From assembly GCA_963746605.1 (NCBI GenBank), contig CAVVCH010000007.1, positions 1,620 through 65,619 on the forward strand: 64,000 bases of DNA. The letters run 5' to 3'. Source of the DNA: an uncultured delta proteobacterium (GTDB lineage Bacteria; Desulfobacterota; RBG-13-43-22). The first letter of the stretch is position 1, and every line of letters starts with the position of its first letter. The notes beneath the pieces were generated by a model. The model saw only the letters and a program-made list of their open reading frames with translations. It searched no databases and was not told the DNA's origin. The position numbers were made by a program, and so were the translations under genes. Positions 10,756-20,966 of this stretch are shown here, one piece after another.

Positions 10756-11778
10756 ATGTTTAAAAAAGGACTATCTTTTCTTATAGGCGGGTGTTTTCTG
10801 CTTTCCATTCTCTTGGTTGGGGTGGGCTCTTCCCAGGCCAAGACCATCGAACTGACCTATTCCATCTTCTTTCCCGCTACCCATACCCATACGCTCTTGG
10901 CCACCGAATGGGCCAAGGAGATAGAAAAGCGGACCAATGGGGCGGTAAAGATTACCATGTTCCCGGGCGCCACCCTGACGCCGGCCAACCAGTGCTACGA
11001 CGGTGTGGTTAAAGGGATTTCGGACATCGGCATGTCGGTGCTCAGTTACACGGCCGGTCGCTTTCCCCTGATGGAGGTCATCGACATGCCGCTGGGCTAT
11101 AAAACCGGCAACCAGGCCACCCGGTTGTGCAATGTCTACTATAACAAATTTCAACCCAAAGAATTGGACGATGTCAAGGTGATGTATCTTCATGGACACG
11201 GTCCGGGCATCCTCCATACCCGGAGTAAACCGGTATCCAAACTCGAGGACCTGAAGGGGATGAAGATCCGCTGCACCGGGACCACCGCCAAACTGGTTTC
11301 CCATTTAGGGGCAACGCCGGTGGCCATGGCCCAGACCGAGACCTACGATGCCGTCCAGAAAGGGGTGGTGGACGGGCTGATGTCGCCTATTGAAACCTTA
11401 AAAGGGTGGAAGTTCGCGGAAGTCGTCAAATATACCACCTTGAATTACGGCTCGGCTTATTCCATGGCCTTCTTTGTGGTCATGAACAAACAAAAGTGGG
11501 CCTCCCTGCCCAAAGAGGCGCAAACGGTCATTCAAAAAGTGAATGAGGAGTGGATCGAAAAAACGGCCAAGGCTTGGGACGACATTGATAAGGCCGGGTT
11601 GGAATTCGGCAAGTCCAAGGGAATTCAATTCATCCCCTTGTCCAAGCAGGAAGACGAACGCTGGGCCCAGATGGCCCGTCCCATGTTTAGTGAGTATGCC
11701 CAGGCCATGAAAGCCAAGGGACTACCCGGAGAGGAAGCCTTGAATTTCTGCTTAGACTGGTTGAAGAAGAATCCGTAG
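10756..11778 (+). CDS. dctP: TRAP substrate-binding protein
   Basis: Signal peptide; DLKGMKIR, LGATPV, YDAVQKGVVDG; GGAGG ribosome-binding site. Confidence 0.92.
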   Translation: MFKKGLSFLIGGCFLLSILLVGVGSSQAKTIELTYSIFFPATHTHTLLATEWAKEIEKRTNGAVKITMFPGATLTPANQCYDGVVKGISDIGMSVLSYTAGRFPLMEVIDMPLGYKTGNQATRLCNVYYNKFQPKELDDVKVMYLHGHGPGILHTRSKPVSKLEDLKGMKIRCTGTTAKLVSHLGATPVAMAQTETYDAVQKGVVDGLMSPIETLKGWKFAEVVKYTTLNYGSAYSMAFFVVMNKQKWASLPKEAQTVIQKVNEEWIEKTAKAWDDIDKAGLEFGKSKGIQFIPLSKQEDERWAQMARPMFSEYAQAMKAKGLPGEEALNFCLDWLKKNP

Positions 11779-11802
11779 ATCGGATTATTTCAAAGGCAAT
11801 GC

Positions 11803-11848
11803 GGTGTTCCCCTTAACCCTCCGGTCCCGGAGGGTTAAGGGGAACACC
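11803..11848. terminator. Perfect 22-bp-stem hairpin between dctP and dctQ (mRNA stabiliser or terminator)
   Basis: ggtgttccccttaaccctccgg-tc-ccggagggttaaggggaacacc; no U-tract follows. Confidence 0.6.
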
Positions 11849-12031
11849 ATAATGTGTTAAACCACCAGGCCCGGTGCGTGGCCCCGAAGCACGTAAATGA
11901 AAGTGGCGATATTACAGCTTAAGTGCTTTATATTAATAATTAATAATCAATTGTTAATTGTTAATGAATGCCTATAGCGATACCGAGTTCTATTTATATA
12001 CTAAAAATATAGCTGCTAGGGGAGTAGCCCC

Positions 12032-12511
12032 ATGAATATATTTGTTGACGGCATCCACAAAGTCTCCCGCCTGATGTACTGGATCGCGGGAATCGCTTTG
12101 GCCGGGATTATGGCCTTAACGGTGGCCGACGTTTTTTTACGGCTTTTTAAGCTGCCCATTGAGGGAACGTTTGAGATTGTCTCGCTATTGGGGGGGGTGG
12201 TTATCGGCTTTGCCATTCCCCAGACCACCATTGAACGCGGGCATGTGCTCATGGATTTTTTGACCGAACGGCTTTCCTTCGGAGGACAGCGTTTCCTCCA
12301 TCTGCTTACCCGATTATTGGGCGGTTTGACCTTTTTGATTATCGGCTGGAATCTTTTTAAACTGGGGAACGATCTGAAGGATACCGGTCAGGTCTCGTTG
12401 ACGTTGAAATTCCCGGAATACCCGGTGGCTTACGGGATCGCCTTTTGTTGTCTCTTGGAGTGCCTGGTTTTATTGTCTGACCTGATCAAGAAAAAGGGGG
12501 CGGAAGTATGA
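12032..12511 (+). CDS. dctQ: TRAP transporter small permease
   Basis: DVFLR...PIEG..EIV and RGHV motifs; four TM segments. Confidence 0.9.
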   Translation: MNIFVDGIHKVSRLMYWIAGIALAGIMALTVADVFLRLFKLPIEGTFEIVSLLGGVVIGFAIPQTTIERGHVLMDFLTERLSFGGQRFLHLLTRLLGGLTFLIIGWNLFKLGNDLKDTGQVSLTLKFPEYPVAYGIAFCCLLECLVLLSDLIKKKGAEV

Positions 12512-13809
12512 GTTTCGGCATAATCGGCCTGCTGACGATAGTTCTCCTGTTTGTCCTGTTTCTTTTGGGCCTGGAAATCGGTTTTGCCATGGCCCTGGCC
12601 GGCTTCATCGGTTTTGCCGCCATCGTCAATGTCCCCGCGGCCCTGAACCTGGTAGCCAAGGACATCTACAGTGTCTTTTCTTCCTATGGATTCACGGTCA
12701 TACCGCTCTTTGTCTTGATGGGCCAAATAGGGGCCAGCGGCGGGGTGGCTCGAAATCTCTATGACGCGGCCTATAAATTTATCGGCCACATACCGGGCGG
12801 GTTGGCCATCGGGACCGTTGGGGCCGCCACGGCCTTCAAGGCTATCTGCGGCTCCTCTCCGGCCACGGCCGCCACCTTTGCCACGATCGCCGTTCCCGAG
12901 ATGGACCGCTACGGCTATGACAAACGGCTCTCCTGCGGCACGGTGGCCACCGTCGGGACCCTGGGGGTTTTGATCCCGCCCAGCGTAACCCTGATTATTT
13001 ATGGCATCCTGACCGAGACCTCCATCGGCAAGTTGTTTCTGGCCGGGATCATCCCCGGGTTGATCATCGCTTTTTCTTTTGTGGTTACACTGTACGGCTG
13101 GTGTAAAATCAATCCCCGGCTGGGGCCCAAGGGGCGCAAATCCACCTGGAAGGAACGGATCGCCTCCCTACCCCAGGTCCTTTGGGTGGCCCTGATTTTT
13201 GTCCTGGTGGTGGGGGGATTGATGTGGGGTTTTTTTACTCCTACCGAGGCGGGCAGCATCGGGACCTTTGCGGTGCTCATCCTCACCATCGCTAAAAGGG
13301 ATATGGACCTGAAGCGTTTTGTCAAGGCGATCAAGGATACGCTGCGGATCAGTTGCATGGTGATCACGTTGATCGCCGGGGCCACCATTCTGGGACATTT
13401 TTTCGCCGTGACCCGAACCCCTTATCTCGTGGCCGATTGGCTGGGCAGCCTGCCCCTGGATCGCAACCTGATCATGATTCTCATCTTTGTTATTTATCTG
13501 ATCGGAGGTTCCTTTATTGAGGACCTGGCTTTTCTGATCCTGGCCACGCCCATTTTCCTGCCCTTGGTTCTTAAACTGGGGTATGACCCGGTGTGGTTCG
13601 GGGTGATCGTCTGCGTCATCACCATGATCGGCATCATTCTGCCGCCCATGGCCATTAACGTCTTTGTTGTGGCCGGGGTAACGAAGGTGCCTATCGGCAC
13701 CATTTATAAAGGGATTTACCCCTTTATTGTGGGCATGTATATTTGTCTGTTTATCTTTCTGTTTTTTCCCCAGATCTCGCTCTGGCTGCCTAATTTAATC
13801 ATGAAATGA
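12508..13809 (+). CDS. dctM: TRAP transporter large permease
   Basis: IPLFVLMG, CGSS, LIPPS, FTPTEAG motifs. Confidence 0.95.
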   Translation: MSFGIIGLLTIVLLFVLFLLGLEIGFAMALAGFIGFAAIVNVPAALNLVAKDIYSVFSSYGFTVIPLFVLMGQIGASGGVARNLYDAAYKFIGHIPGGLAIGTVGAATAFKAICGSSPATAATFATIAVPEMDRYGYDKRLSCGTVATVGTLGVLIPPSVTLIIYGILTETSIGKLFLAGIIPGLIIAFSFVVTLYGWCKINPRLGPKGRKSTWKERIASLPQVLWVALIFVLVVGGLMWGFFTPTEAGSIGTFAVLILTIAKRDMDLKRFVKAIKDTLRISCMVITLIAGATILGHFFAVTRTPYLVADWLGSLPLDRNLIMILIFVIYLIGGSFIEDLAFLILATPIFLPLVLKLGYDPVWFGVIVCVITMIGIILPPMAINVFVVAGVTKVPIGTIYKGIYPFIVGMYICLFIFLFFPQISLWLPNLIMK

Positions 13810-14082
13810 GTAGCGGATGGCAGCTTCTCTCCTTGAAGGGTAGGGGAGACTTTAGTCGTCCCAACGAGGATGCTAAAGCCTTCTCTGCCCGGGACTTTTA
13901 TCCTTCGCGAATGCCCGCCCCGGGCGTTGAAATTAAATCTGAGAATTTATCTCTTTATTGCTGAGGGCTGGGTTTCGAAGGTTCAGGCGTTCCCCCAAAA
14001 GGATTATCTCTTCCATCCTTGACCCCCCCGTCGCTTTCCAGTAAAATACCCCCAAAAAATTCAAGATCAAGGCGAGGTGGAT

Positions 14083-15552
14083 ATGAATCCTGTCAAGGTA
14101 CTGTTCGTTTCACCGGAAGTCGTTCCTTTTGCCAAAACCGGCGGGTTGGCCGATGTGGCCGGTTCACTGCCCAAGGCCCTCAAAAAATTGGGCTGCGATG
14201 TGCGCCTGGTCTTGCCACTCTACCGCATGGTCCGGCAGGGTAATTTCCCTCTGAAGAAAATGCTGGAGGGGATCCGGATCCCCTTGGGCGGGCGGGCCAT
14301 TGAAGTGGACATTTACGAATCGACCCTGGCCGATGGACTCCCCGTCTATTTTATTGAACGGGATGAATTCTTCGATCGCACGAACCTTTACGGCACTTCA
14401 CGAGGGGACTATTTTGATAACGACCAGCGCTTTGTCCTCTTCTGCCAGGCGACCCTGGCCCTGGCCCCCTTTATCCCCTTTCAACCGGATATCTTTCATG
14501 GCCATGACTGGCAGACGGGGCTGATCCCGGCCTATTTACATTTCCGCCGGGCCTGGGATCCTTTTTGGGCCAACACGGCCAGTATATTCACCATCCACAA
14601 TATCGCCTATCAGGGGCTGTTTGAACCGGACATCGTTCCCCTGGCCGGTCTACCCTGGGAGGCCTATAGCCCTTCCGGACTGGAATTCTGGGGGTCGGTC
14701 AACCTCTTGAAATCCGGGATCGTCTACAGCCAGATCATCAATACCGTGAGCCGGCAGTACAGCCAGGAAATCCAAACCGAAGAATACGGCTATGGCTTGG
14801 AAGGGATCCTTTCGTATCGTCGGAATGACCTCTTCGGCATCGTCAATGGCGTTGATTATGAGGCCTGGGACCCCAAAACAGACCCTTTGATCGCCGCCTC
14901 TTTTCAACAAGACGACCTGGAGGGAAAAAAGGCCTGCAAGATCGACCTGCTGAAGCAATTCCACCTTTCCGAGGAACGGCAGGCCTACCCGCTTCTAGGG
15001 GTCATCTCCCGCCTGGCCGACCAGAAGGGGTTTGACCTGCTGGCCGCGGCCATGGACCGACTGATCGAGAAAGAGGTCACCCTGGTGATCCTGGGGACCG
15101 GAGAAGAAAAATACCATCAACTCTTTTCCGAACTGGCGGCGAAATTCCCCCAAAAAATCGGCCTGCGGTTGGCTTATGACAATACCCTGGCCCACAAAAT
15201 TGAGGCCGGAAGCGACATGTTCCTCATGCCTTCCCGTTACGAGCCCTGCGGGTTGAATCAGATCTACAGCCTGAAGTACGGAACCATTCCCATTGTGCGG
15301 GCTACCGGCGGCCTGGACGACACCATCCAGTCTTTTAATGCCCTGGACCAGTCGGGCACCGGGTTCAAATTCCAGGAATACCAGGCCGAGGCCTTCTGGC
15401 AGTCCCTGGAGGAGGCCTTGCAGACCTATGAAATTCCCCACCTCTGGCGAGCGCTGATGCGCAATGCCATGTCGCAGGATTTCTCCTGGGAGAATTCAGC
15501 CCGCGAATACCTGCGCTTGTATCAATTGGCCCGGGATCGTCTAAGCGCTTAA
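14083..15552 (+). CDS. glgA: Glycogen synthase
   Basis: KTGGLADV, HDWQ, TIHNIAYQG, RLADQKG, PSRYEPCGL, TGGL. Confidence 0.97.
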   Translation: MNPVKVLFVSPEVVPFAKTGGLADVAGSLPKALKKLGCDVRLVLPLYRMVRQGNFPLKKMLEGIRIPLGGRAIEVDIYESTLADGLPVYFIERDEFFDRTNLYGTSRGDYFDNDQRFVLFCQATLALAPFIPFQPDIFHGHDWQTGLIPAYLHFRRAWDPFWANTASIFTIHNIAYQGLFEPDIVPLAGLPWEAYSPSGLEFWGSVNLLKSGIVYSQIINTVSRQYSQEIQTEEYGYGLEGILSYRRNDLFGIVNGVDYEAWDPKTDPLIAASFQQDDLEGKKACKIDLLKQFHLSEERQAYPLLGVISRLADQKGFDLLAAAMDRLIEKEVTLVILGTGEEKYHQLFSELAAKFPQKIGLRLAYDNTLAHKIEAGSDMFLMPSRYEPCGLNQIYSLKYGTIPIVRATGGLDDTIQSFNALDQSGTGFKFQEYQAEAFWQSLEEALQTYEIPHLWRALMRNAMSQDFSWENSAREYLRLYQLARDRLSA

Positions 15553-15562
15553 AAGGTAAGAA

Positions 15563-15719
15563 TGACGGACTCGCCAGAAGTCCGTCAGCAGCCCGAGCGC
15601 GAATAAGCGCCGGGCTGGGGCGGGGGTGGCACCATTGGAATTCACTTCAAATGGCGGGGGAGGGGAAGCCCTCCCCCGCCGAGCAGAAAGTCGTTTTTTG
15701 ACTTTTTGCGAGGTTATCA
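15563..15719. mobile_element. MITE family A, copy 1 (~157 bp)
   Basis: Imperfect TIRs tgacggactcgccagaagtc / gactttttgcgaggttatca; near-identical copy at 40551-40707; flanks agaa/ataa. Confidence 0.8.
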
Positions 15720-15722
15720 ATA

Positions 15723-16256
15723 ATGACGGGGGTGAATAAAACGATTCGACGGAAGGTCTTCTTCCGGCTGTGGACAGGGATGCTGATTCTGTTCCTGATT
15801 TCCGGCCCGGGAGCCGGCATTTCTTCGGCCGGGCCTTCGGATCCGGATTCCGAAATCGGATCGTTGAATCTGAACCTGACCGACGATCAGGCGCAGACCA
15901 TTCAGGAACTTCGGAACAGGTTTCGCCAGGAAATGATTCAGATCCGAAAAAGAATGGCCAGCAAGCGTTTGGAGCTGCGGACCTTGAGTGAAGAAGAATT
16001 TCAAGGCGTCCGGGGAGAAGAAATTCGAAAGGATCTCCAGGCCCTTTTCCTGAACGGCCGGGAAAGGGCCCTGGTGTATCAATCCGAGGCCCTAAAAATT
16101 CTGCGGGAAGACCAGAAAGAGAAACTGCCTGCGGGAAGTGATATGGGGTTTCGCTGCCATTGGGGTCCTTTTATGGGGGGCGGCCCCGGCAGGGATTTCC
16201 GCCGAAACCGAAACCTACCTGCACCGCCGTCGGAGAAATCTCCGATCCAACCTTGA
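15723..16256 (+). CDS. Periplasmic Spy/CpxP/ZraP-like protein
   Basis: Signal/TM segment, LNLTDDQ and ILREDQK (LTxxQ-like) motifs, helical; directly upstream of a sensor kinase. Confidence 0.7.
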   Translation: MTGVNKTIRRKVFFRLWTGMLILFLISGPGAGISSAGPSDPDSEIGSLNLNLTDDQAQTIQELRNRFRQEMIQIRKRMASKRLELRTLSEEEFQGVRGEEIRKDLQALFLNGRERALVYQSEALKILREDQKEKLPAGSDMGFRCHWGPFMGGGPGRDFRRNRNLPAPPSEKSPIQP

Positions 16257-17997
16257 ATCGACGACCTTTTCATTCTGCCTACTATTTGCTTCCGGTCCTG
16301 GCGGTCCTGATCCTACTTCTTTTGATCAACGGTTACTTCGAAATCCAGAGAACCCGCGCGCAGTTGTTTAATCTCCTGGAGACCGAAGGACAACTGCTCG
16401 TCCGGGGGATTGAAACCAATGCGACCAATCTGATCAAGTCTTTCCTGGAGACCGGCCGCCGGTCGCCGGCCACAGATCTCCAGGAAGCTCTGGAAGCGGA
16501 ACCGCTGCTGGGCCTGGAGGATATCATGATCGAGCGACTGGTCGACCTGGGCCTGCGCTTGGATCAGGAGGCGGCTAAGAAATCCGGGGATCCTGCCACC
16601 CTCAGCGGGTTGATAGCTAAAACCGGGTTAACGCAGATCGAGTTTTTGGCCCGGTCCCGGGAAGACCTATCCCTAAGGCCGCGCTACCGGGAGTTATTGA
16701 AAAATCCATTTTTTCAGAAAGCTGTTGGCCGGCCAATCCCGGCTGTTCGTCTCCCGGAAAGACGCCGGGAAGGGACAGCCCTTTTACGCTTACCCTGGCC
16801 CTGGCCCGGCGTTTTGATCGAGGGTTTATACTGATACGCATCTCGCCGGAAGAATACCGCTTTCTGGGGGAGCAGATTATTATCCAGGGATTGATCAATG
16901 AATTCTTGGGGAAAGGAAATCTGGCTTACCTGGAAATCCTGGATTCCCAAAAACGGCTGCTGGGAGGGGCCGGCCGCGGGACAGAGGCCCAACCGGCGGC
17001 GGTTGAATGGAAAAAAACCTGGCCGGGGAAAGAAGCCCCCTTGTCGTGGATCAAAAGAGCCGATGGCGAATTCTTAGAGCTGTCCCGGGCTTTCGCCCCG
17101 GACGGTCGTTCTCCGGGGTCTATCCGGCTGGGTTTGTCCCTCCAGGGGATCACGCCCATACTCTATCAATCCCAAAAGCATATCCTGCTCATGACTGCCG
17201 TGCTTTTGGCCTTGGGCATAGTCAGTTTTTTTATCATCTTTCAAATCCAGAATCGCCATTTCAGCAAAATAAAGGAACTGGAAGAGCAGATGCGGATTCA
17301 GGAAGAGCTTTCCGCCATGGGGCAACTGGCGGCGGGCGTGGCCCATGAAATCAAGAATCCCCTGAATGCCATCGGCCTGGTCGTCCAACGGCTTCAAAAG
17401 GAATTTCGCTGGGAAGACCCTCAAGGGCAGCAGGAATACGAGCGTTTTACCGGGATCGTCCGGGATGAAATCGACCGGGTTAATAAAATCATCGAGCAGT
17501 TTCTTTTTGTTGCCCGGCCCTATCAATCCGAATTCCGAACGCAGGCCTTGGACGAGATTCTGGATTACGTGCTGGACCTGCTGGAGGAGACCATAAAGCG
17601 CAACGGGATCGTCCTGGAGAAAAACTGGCCAAAAGATCTGCCGCCTGTGATGGGCGATCGCTCCCAGTTGACCCAGGCCTTTCTAAATCTGCTCAACAAT
17701 GCGGTGGAAGCGATGCCCCGGGGCGGCCGCCTGAGAGTGGCCCTGCAATCAGGACCGGCACAGAAATCCCTGGAACTGCGGATTGAGGACAGCGGGCCCG
17801 GGATCCCACCGGAAAATCTGAAGAAGGTTTTCGCCCCTTATGTTACCACCAAGGAAAAGGGGATCGGCTTGGGCCTGGCCATCACCCAAAAGATCATTCA
17901 GGGCCACCAAGGCCGCCTGGAGGTGCACAGCCTCCCCGGAGAGGGGGCGACGGTCCGGATTCGTCTTCCCCTGGCGGAAAAGAAAAGTATCGCTTGA
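16253..17997 (+). CDS. Sensor histidine kinase (NtrB/ZraS-like); two +1 frameshifts at ~16720 and ~16785
   Basis: Two TM helices; H-box GVAHEIKNPL; NLLNNA, DSGPGI, TTKEKGIGLGL; TTG start overlaps the upstream stop. Confidence 0.85.
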
Positions 17998-18098
17998 CTT
18001 TTCAACGGATTAGTGTCAAAAAAAAAAGTTTTAAGTCGCACAAAAGAAGAGATTCTTCGCCAAGCTTTAATAAAATCCATGAGTAAAAGGTTGATGCC

Positions 18099-20801
18099 AT
18101 GCTAAGAAAGATCCACTGGAAGTTCACCCTCATCGCCGTGCTCCTCGTACTGTCCATTCTTATTCTCCTGCCTTTGGCCTCCAAGAACCTCCCCTCCTGG
18201 TGGGGGAAGGTCCTGCCCGCCGAGGGCCTGCGTTTGGGCCTGGACCTCCAGGGCGGTATGCACCTGATCCTCAAAGTGGACCTGGACAAAGCCGTCAGTA
18301 ACCAACTGGACTTGGTGCAGCAGGACCTCCGGGAAACGTTACGGAAGAAGCAGATTCCGATCAGTAAGGGGGAAACCCGGGGATTCAACCGCATGATCTT
18401 TATCCTGCCCAATCCGGAACAACTGACGAACCTCCAGAGCACCATTAAAGATGAATTTTCCGGGGTCACCATCCAGTCCACCGCCCAACAACCGGCGGGT
18501 CTTCAGGTTGAATTCGCCTTGAAGGAAAAAGAAATTAATTCCATCCGGGAAAACGCCCTGTCCCAGAGTCTGGAAATTATCCGCAACCGAATCGATCAGT
18601 TTGGGGTTACCGAACCGGTGATCGTCCGCCAGGGAGCGGATGAGATGGTGGTTCAGTTGCCGGGGGTCAAAGACCCGCAGCGGGCCCTGGACCTGATCGG
18701 TCGGACCGCCCAGTTGGAATTCAAGCTGGTGGATACGGAGACCAAAATCGATCTCCGGACCATGATTGACGAGGCCGTCAATAGCGGACGGTTGAAAAAG
18801 GATTTTTCCCATGCCGATTTGAATCAGGTGTTGGCCGATCGAATCCCTCCGGAACGGGAAATCTATATCCGCAAGGAGCTCGAACGGGAAACGGGCCGGG
18901 TCAGCAAACAGCCGGTGCTGCTGTTCAACAAGGCCCTGATGACCGGGGCGGCCATCAAAACCGCCCAGGTCCAGTTCGGCGGCAATTTTAACGAGCCCCA
19001 TGTGAGCGTGGAGCTGAATGCCCACGGGACCCGGGTTTTCGACCAGGTGACCAAGGACAACGTGGGCCGCCAATTGGCCATCATCCTGGACCAGATCGTT
19101 CAATCGGCGCCGGTAATTCAGGAGCGGATTTCCGGAGGCCAGGCTCAGATCACCGGGTCTTTTACCCCCGATGAGGCCGCGGACCTGGCCATTGTACTGC
19201 GGGCCGGGGCCCTGCCGGCGCCGGTGCAAATCGTCCAGAATGTCACCGTCGGGCCTTCCCTGGGACTGGACTCGATCCAGAAGGGTCTCGTTTCCGGCTT
19301 GGTGGGCACAGGGCTGGTCGTACTGTTCATGATGTATTATTACCGGTTTTCCGGGATCCTGGCCAACCTGGCCATGGTGTTTAACGTCCTGTTCATGATG
19401 GCGGCCATGAGCCTGTTCCGAGCCACCCTGACCCTCCCCGGCATCGCCGGGGTCATTCTGTCCATCGGGATGGCCGTGGACTCCAACGTCCTGATCTTTG
19501 AGCGGATGCGGGAGGAGTTTAAGGCCGGCAAACCGGTCAAATCGGGGGTGGACGGAGGTTACGACAAGGCTTTCTGGACCATCATCGATTCCCATGTGAC
19601 CACCCTGATCACCGCTTTCGCCTTGTTCCTTTTCGGGTCCGGTCCCATCAAGGGGTTTGCCGTCACCTTAAGCATCGGTGTCATCTTCAACCTCTTCACG
19701 GCCCTTTTTTGCACCCGGGTCATTTACGATTATCTGAGTGTCAAACGGCTGCTCAAGCCGCTGCACTTCGTGGAGTTCATCAAGAAATCCAAGATTGATT
19801 TTATCGGTCTGAGGAAGTACGCCTTTATCCTTTCCGGAATACTGTCCCTGATCGGGGTGATAGCCTTTGTCCAGATCAACCGCGGGGAAGCCAACCTGGG
19901 TGTGGAATTCGGGGGCGGCACCATGGCCCAATTCAAGGCCCAGCAGTCTTTCCGGTTGGACAAGGTCAGGAGCGCCCTGATCCAGCGGGGGTTTAAAGAT
20001 TTTGAACTGCAGCAGGTAGCCAACGAAAATATCCTGATGGTGCGGATTAAAAAGACCGAAAAGACCGTGACCAAGGAAGCGGACGCCATCGCCAAGGCCC
20101 TCCAGGAGGATTTCCCCGAACTGAAATTTGTCTTGGAGAGCAAGGCGGAAATCGGGGCTTCGGTAAGCGCGGCCTTGAAAAAAGCGGCGTTGATCGCCAT
20201 CGCCATTTCTCTGGCCGGGATCATTCTCTACCTGGCCTGGCGCTTTGAGTTCCGTTTCGGGGTGGCGGCGGCCATTGCCACCTTTCATGACGTCTTGGCG
20301 GTCCTGGGCATTTTTTACCTGTTGGACAAAGAGATCACCCTGCTGATCGTGACGGCCCTGCTGACCTTGGCCGGGTATTCCCTGACCGATACGGTGGTGG
20401 TCTTCGACCGGATCCGGGAGACCATGAACCGCCTGGGCCGGCGAAATTTCGGGGAGGTCATCAACCTCAGCGTCAATGAAGTGCTCTCGCGGACCATCAT
20501 CACCTCCCTGACGGTGTTCCTGGTTTTGCTGGCGCTGTTTTTTCTGGGCGGGGTGGTGATCCATGATTTTGCCCTGGCCCTGCTGATGGGGGTGGTGGTG
20601 GGGACCTATTCCTCGATCTTCGTGGCCTCGCCCATCGTGTACCATTGGCCGAGTAAGAAAGGGAGGAGTCGGAAGGCGCCGGTGGAAAAGCCGGCCCTGA
20701 TCAAGGCGACTCCGGAACCCGAGAAACCGGTGACTGAAAAAATCGAAAAACCCATGCCGGCGGCCAAGGGAAAGGCTGGAAAGAAGAAAGGGCGCAAGTA
20801 G
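18099..20801 (+). CDS. secDF: Fused protein translocase subunit SecDF
   Basis: LGLDLQGG, RIDQFGVTEP, LTLPGIAG, GMAVDSNVLIFER, then SecF GVEFGGG and GYSLTDTVVVFDRIRE. Confidence 0.97.
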   Translation: MLRKIHWKFTLIAVLLVLSILILLPLASKNLPSWWGKVLPAEGLRLGLDLQGGMHLILKVDLDKAVSNQLDLVQQDLRETLRKKQIPISKGETRGFNRMIFILPNPEQLTNLQSTIKDEFSGVTIQSTAQQPAGLQVEFALKEKEINSIRENALSQSLEIIRNRIDQFGVTEPVIVRQGADEMVVQLPGVKDPQRALDLIGRTAQLEFKLVDTETKIDLRTMIDEAVNSGRLKKDFSHADLNQVLADRIPPEREIYIRKELERETGRVSKQPVLLFNKALMTGAAIKTAQVQFGGNFNEPHVSVELNAHGTRVFDQVTKDNVGRQLAIILDQIVQSAPVIQERISGGQAQITGSFTPDEAADLAIVLRAGALPAPVQIVQNVTVGPSLGLDSIQKGLVSGLVGTGLVVLFMMYYYRFSGILANLAMVFNVLFMMAAMSLFRATLTLPGIAGVILSIGMAVDSNVLIFERMREEFKAGKPVKSGVDGGYDKAFWTIIDSHVTTLITAFALFLFGSGPIKGFAVTLSIGVIFNLFTALFCTRVIYDYLSVKRLLKPLHFVEFIKKSKIDFIGLRKYAFILSGILSLIGVIAFVQINRGEANLGVEFGGGTMAQFKAQQSFRLDKVRSALIQRGFKDFELQQVANENILMVRIKKTEKTVTKEADAIAKALQEDFPELKFVLESKAEIGASVSAALKKAALIAIAISLAGIILYLAWRFEFRFGVAAAIATFHDVLAVLGIFYLLDKEITLLIVTALLTLAGYSLTDTVVVFDRIRETMNRLGRRNFGEVINLSVNEVLSRTIITSLTVFLVLLALFFLGGVVIHDFALALLMGVVVGTYSSIFVASPIVYHWPSKKGRSRKAPVEKPALIKATPEPEKPVTEKIEKPMPAAKGKAGKKKGRK

Positions 20802-20831
20802 GCCCCTTCCGGATTTGGTAACAGCGTTGAT

Positions 20832-20864
20832 TAGGAGGGTTCTGAGGAGCCCTCCTATTTTTTT
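20832..20864 (+). terminator. Rho-independent terminator after secDF
   Basis: taggagggttc-tgag-gagccctccta followed by T7. Confidence 0.8.
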
Positions 20865-20966
20865 GTCGTTTCGCCCTTCCGGCTGGCAGCGGCGTAGCCT
20901 GAAGGATAGGTTCACCTGGTTGTCAAAATGGGGAAGAGTGATTAGTATCACTTAAAAGGAGAATAT

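Noticed and set aside
18339-20951. Long antisense ORFs opposite secDF (also 2025-3119, 26913-28178, 34156-35214)
   Set aside because: Shadow frames of GC-rich genes with no recognisable motifs.
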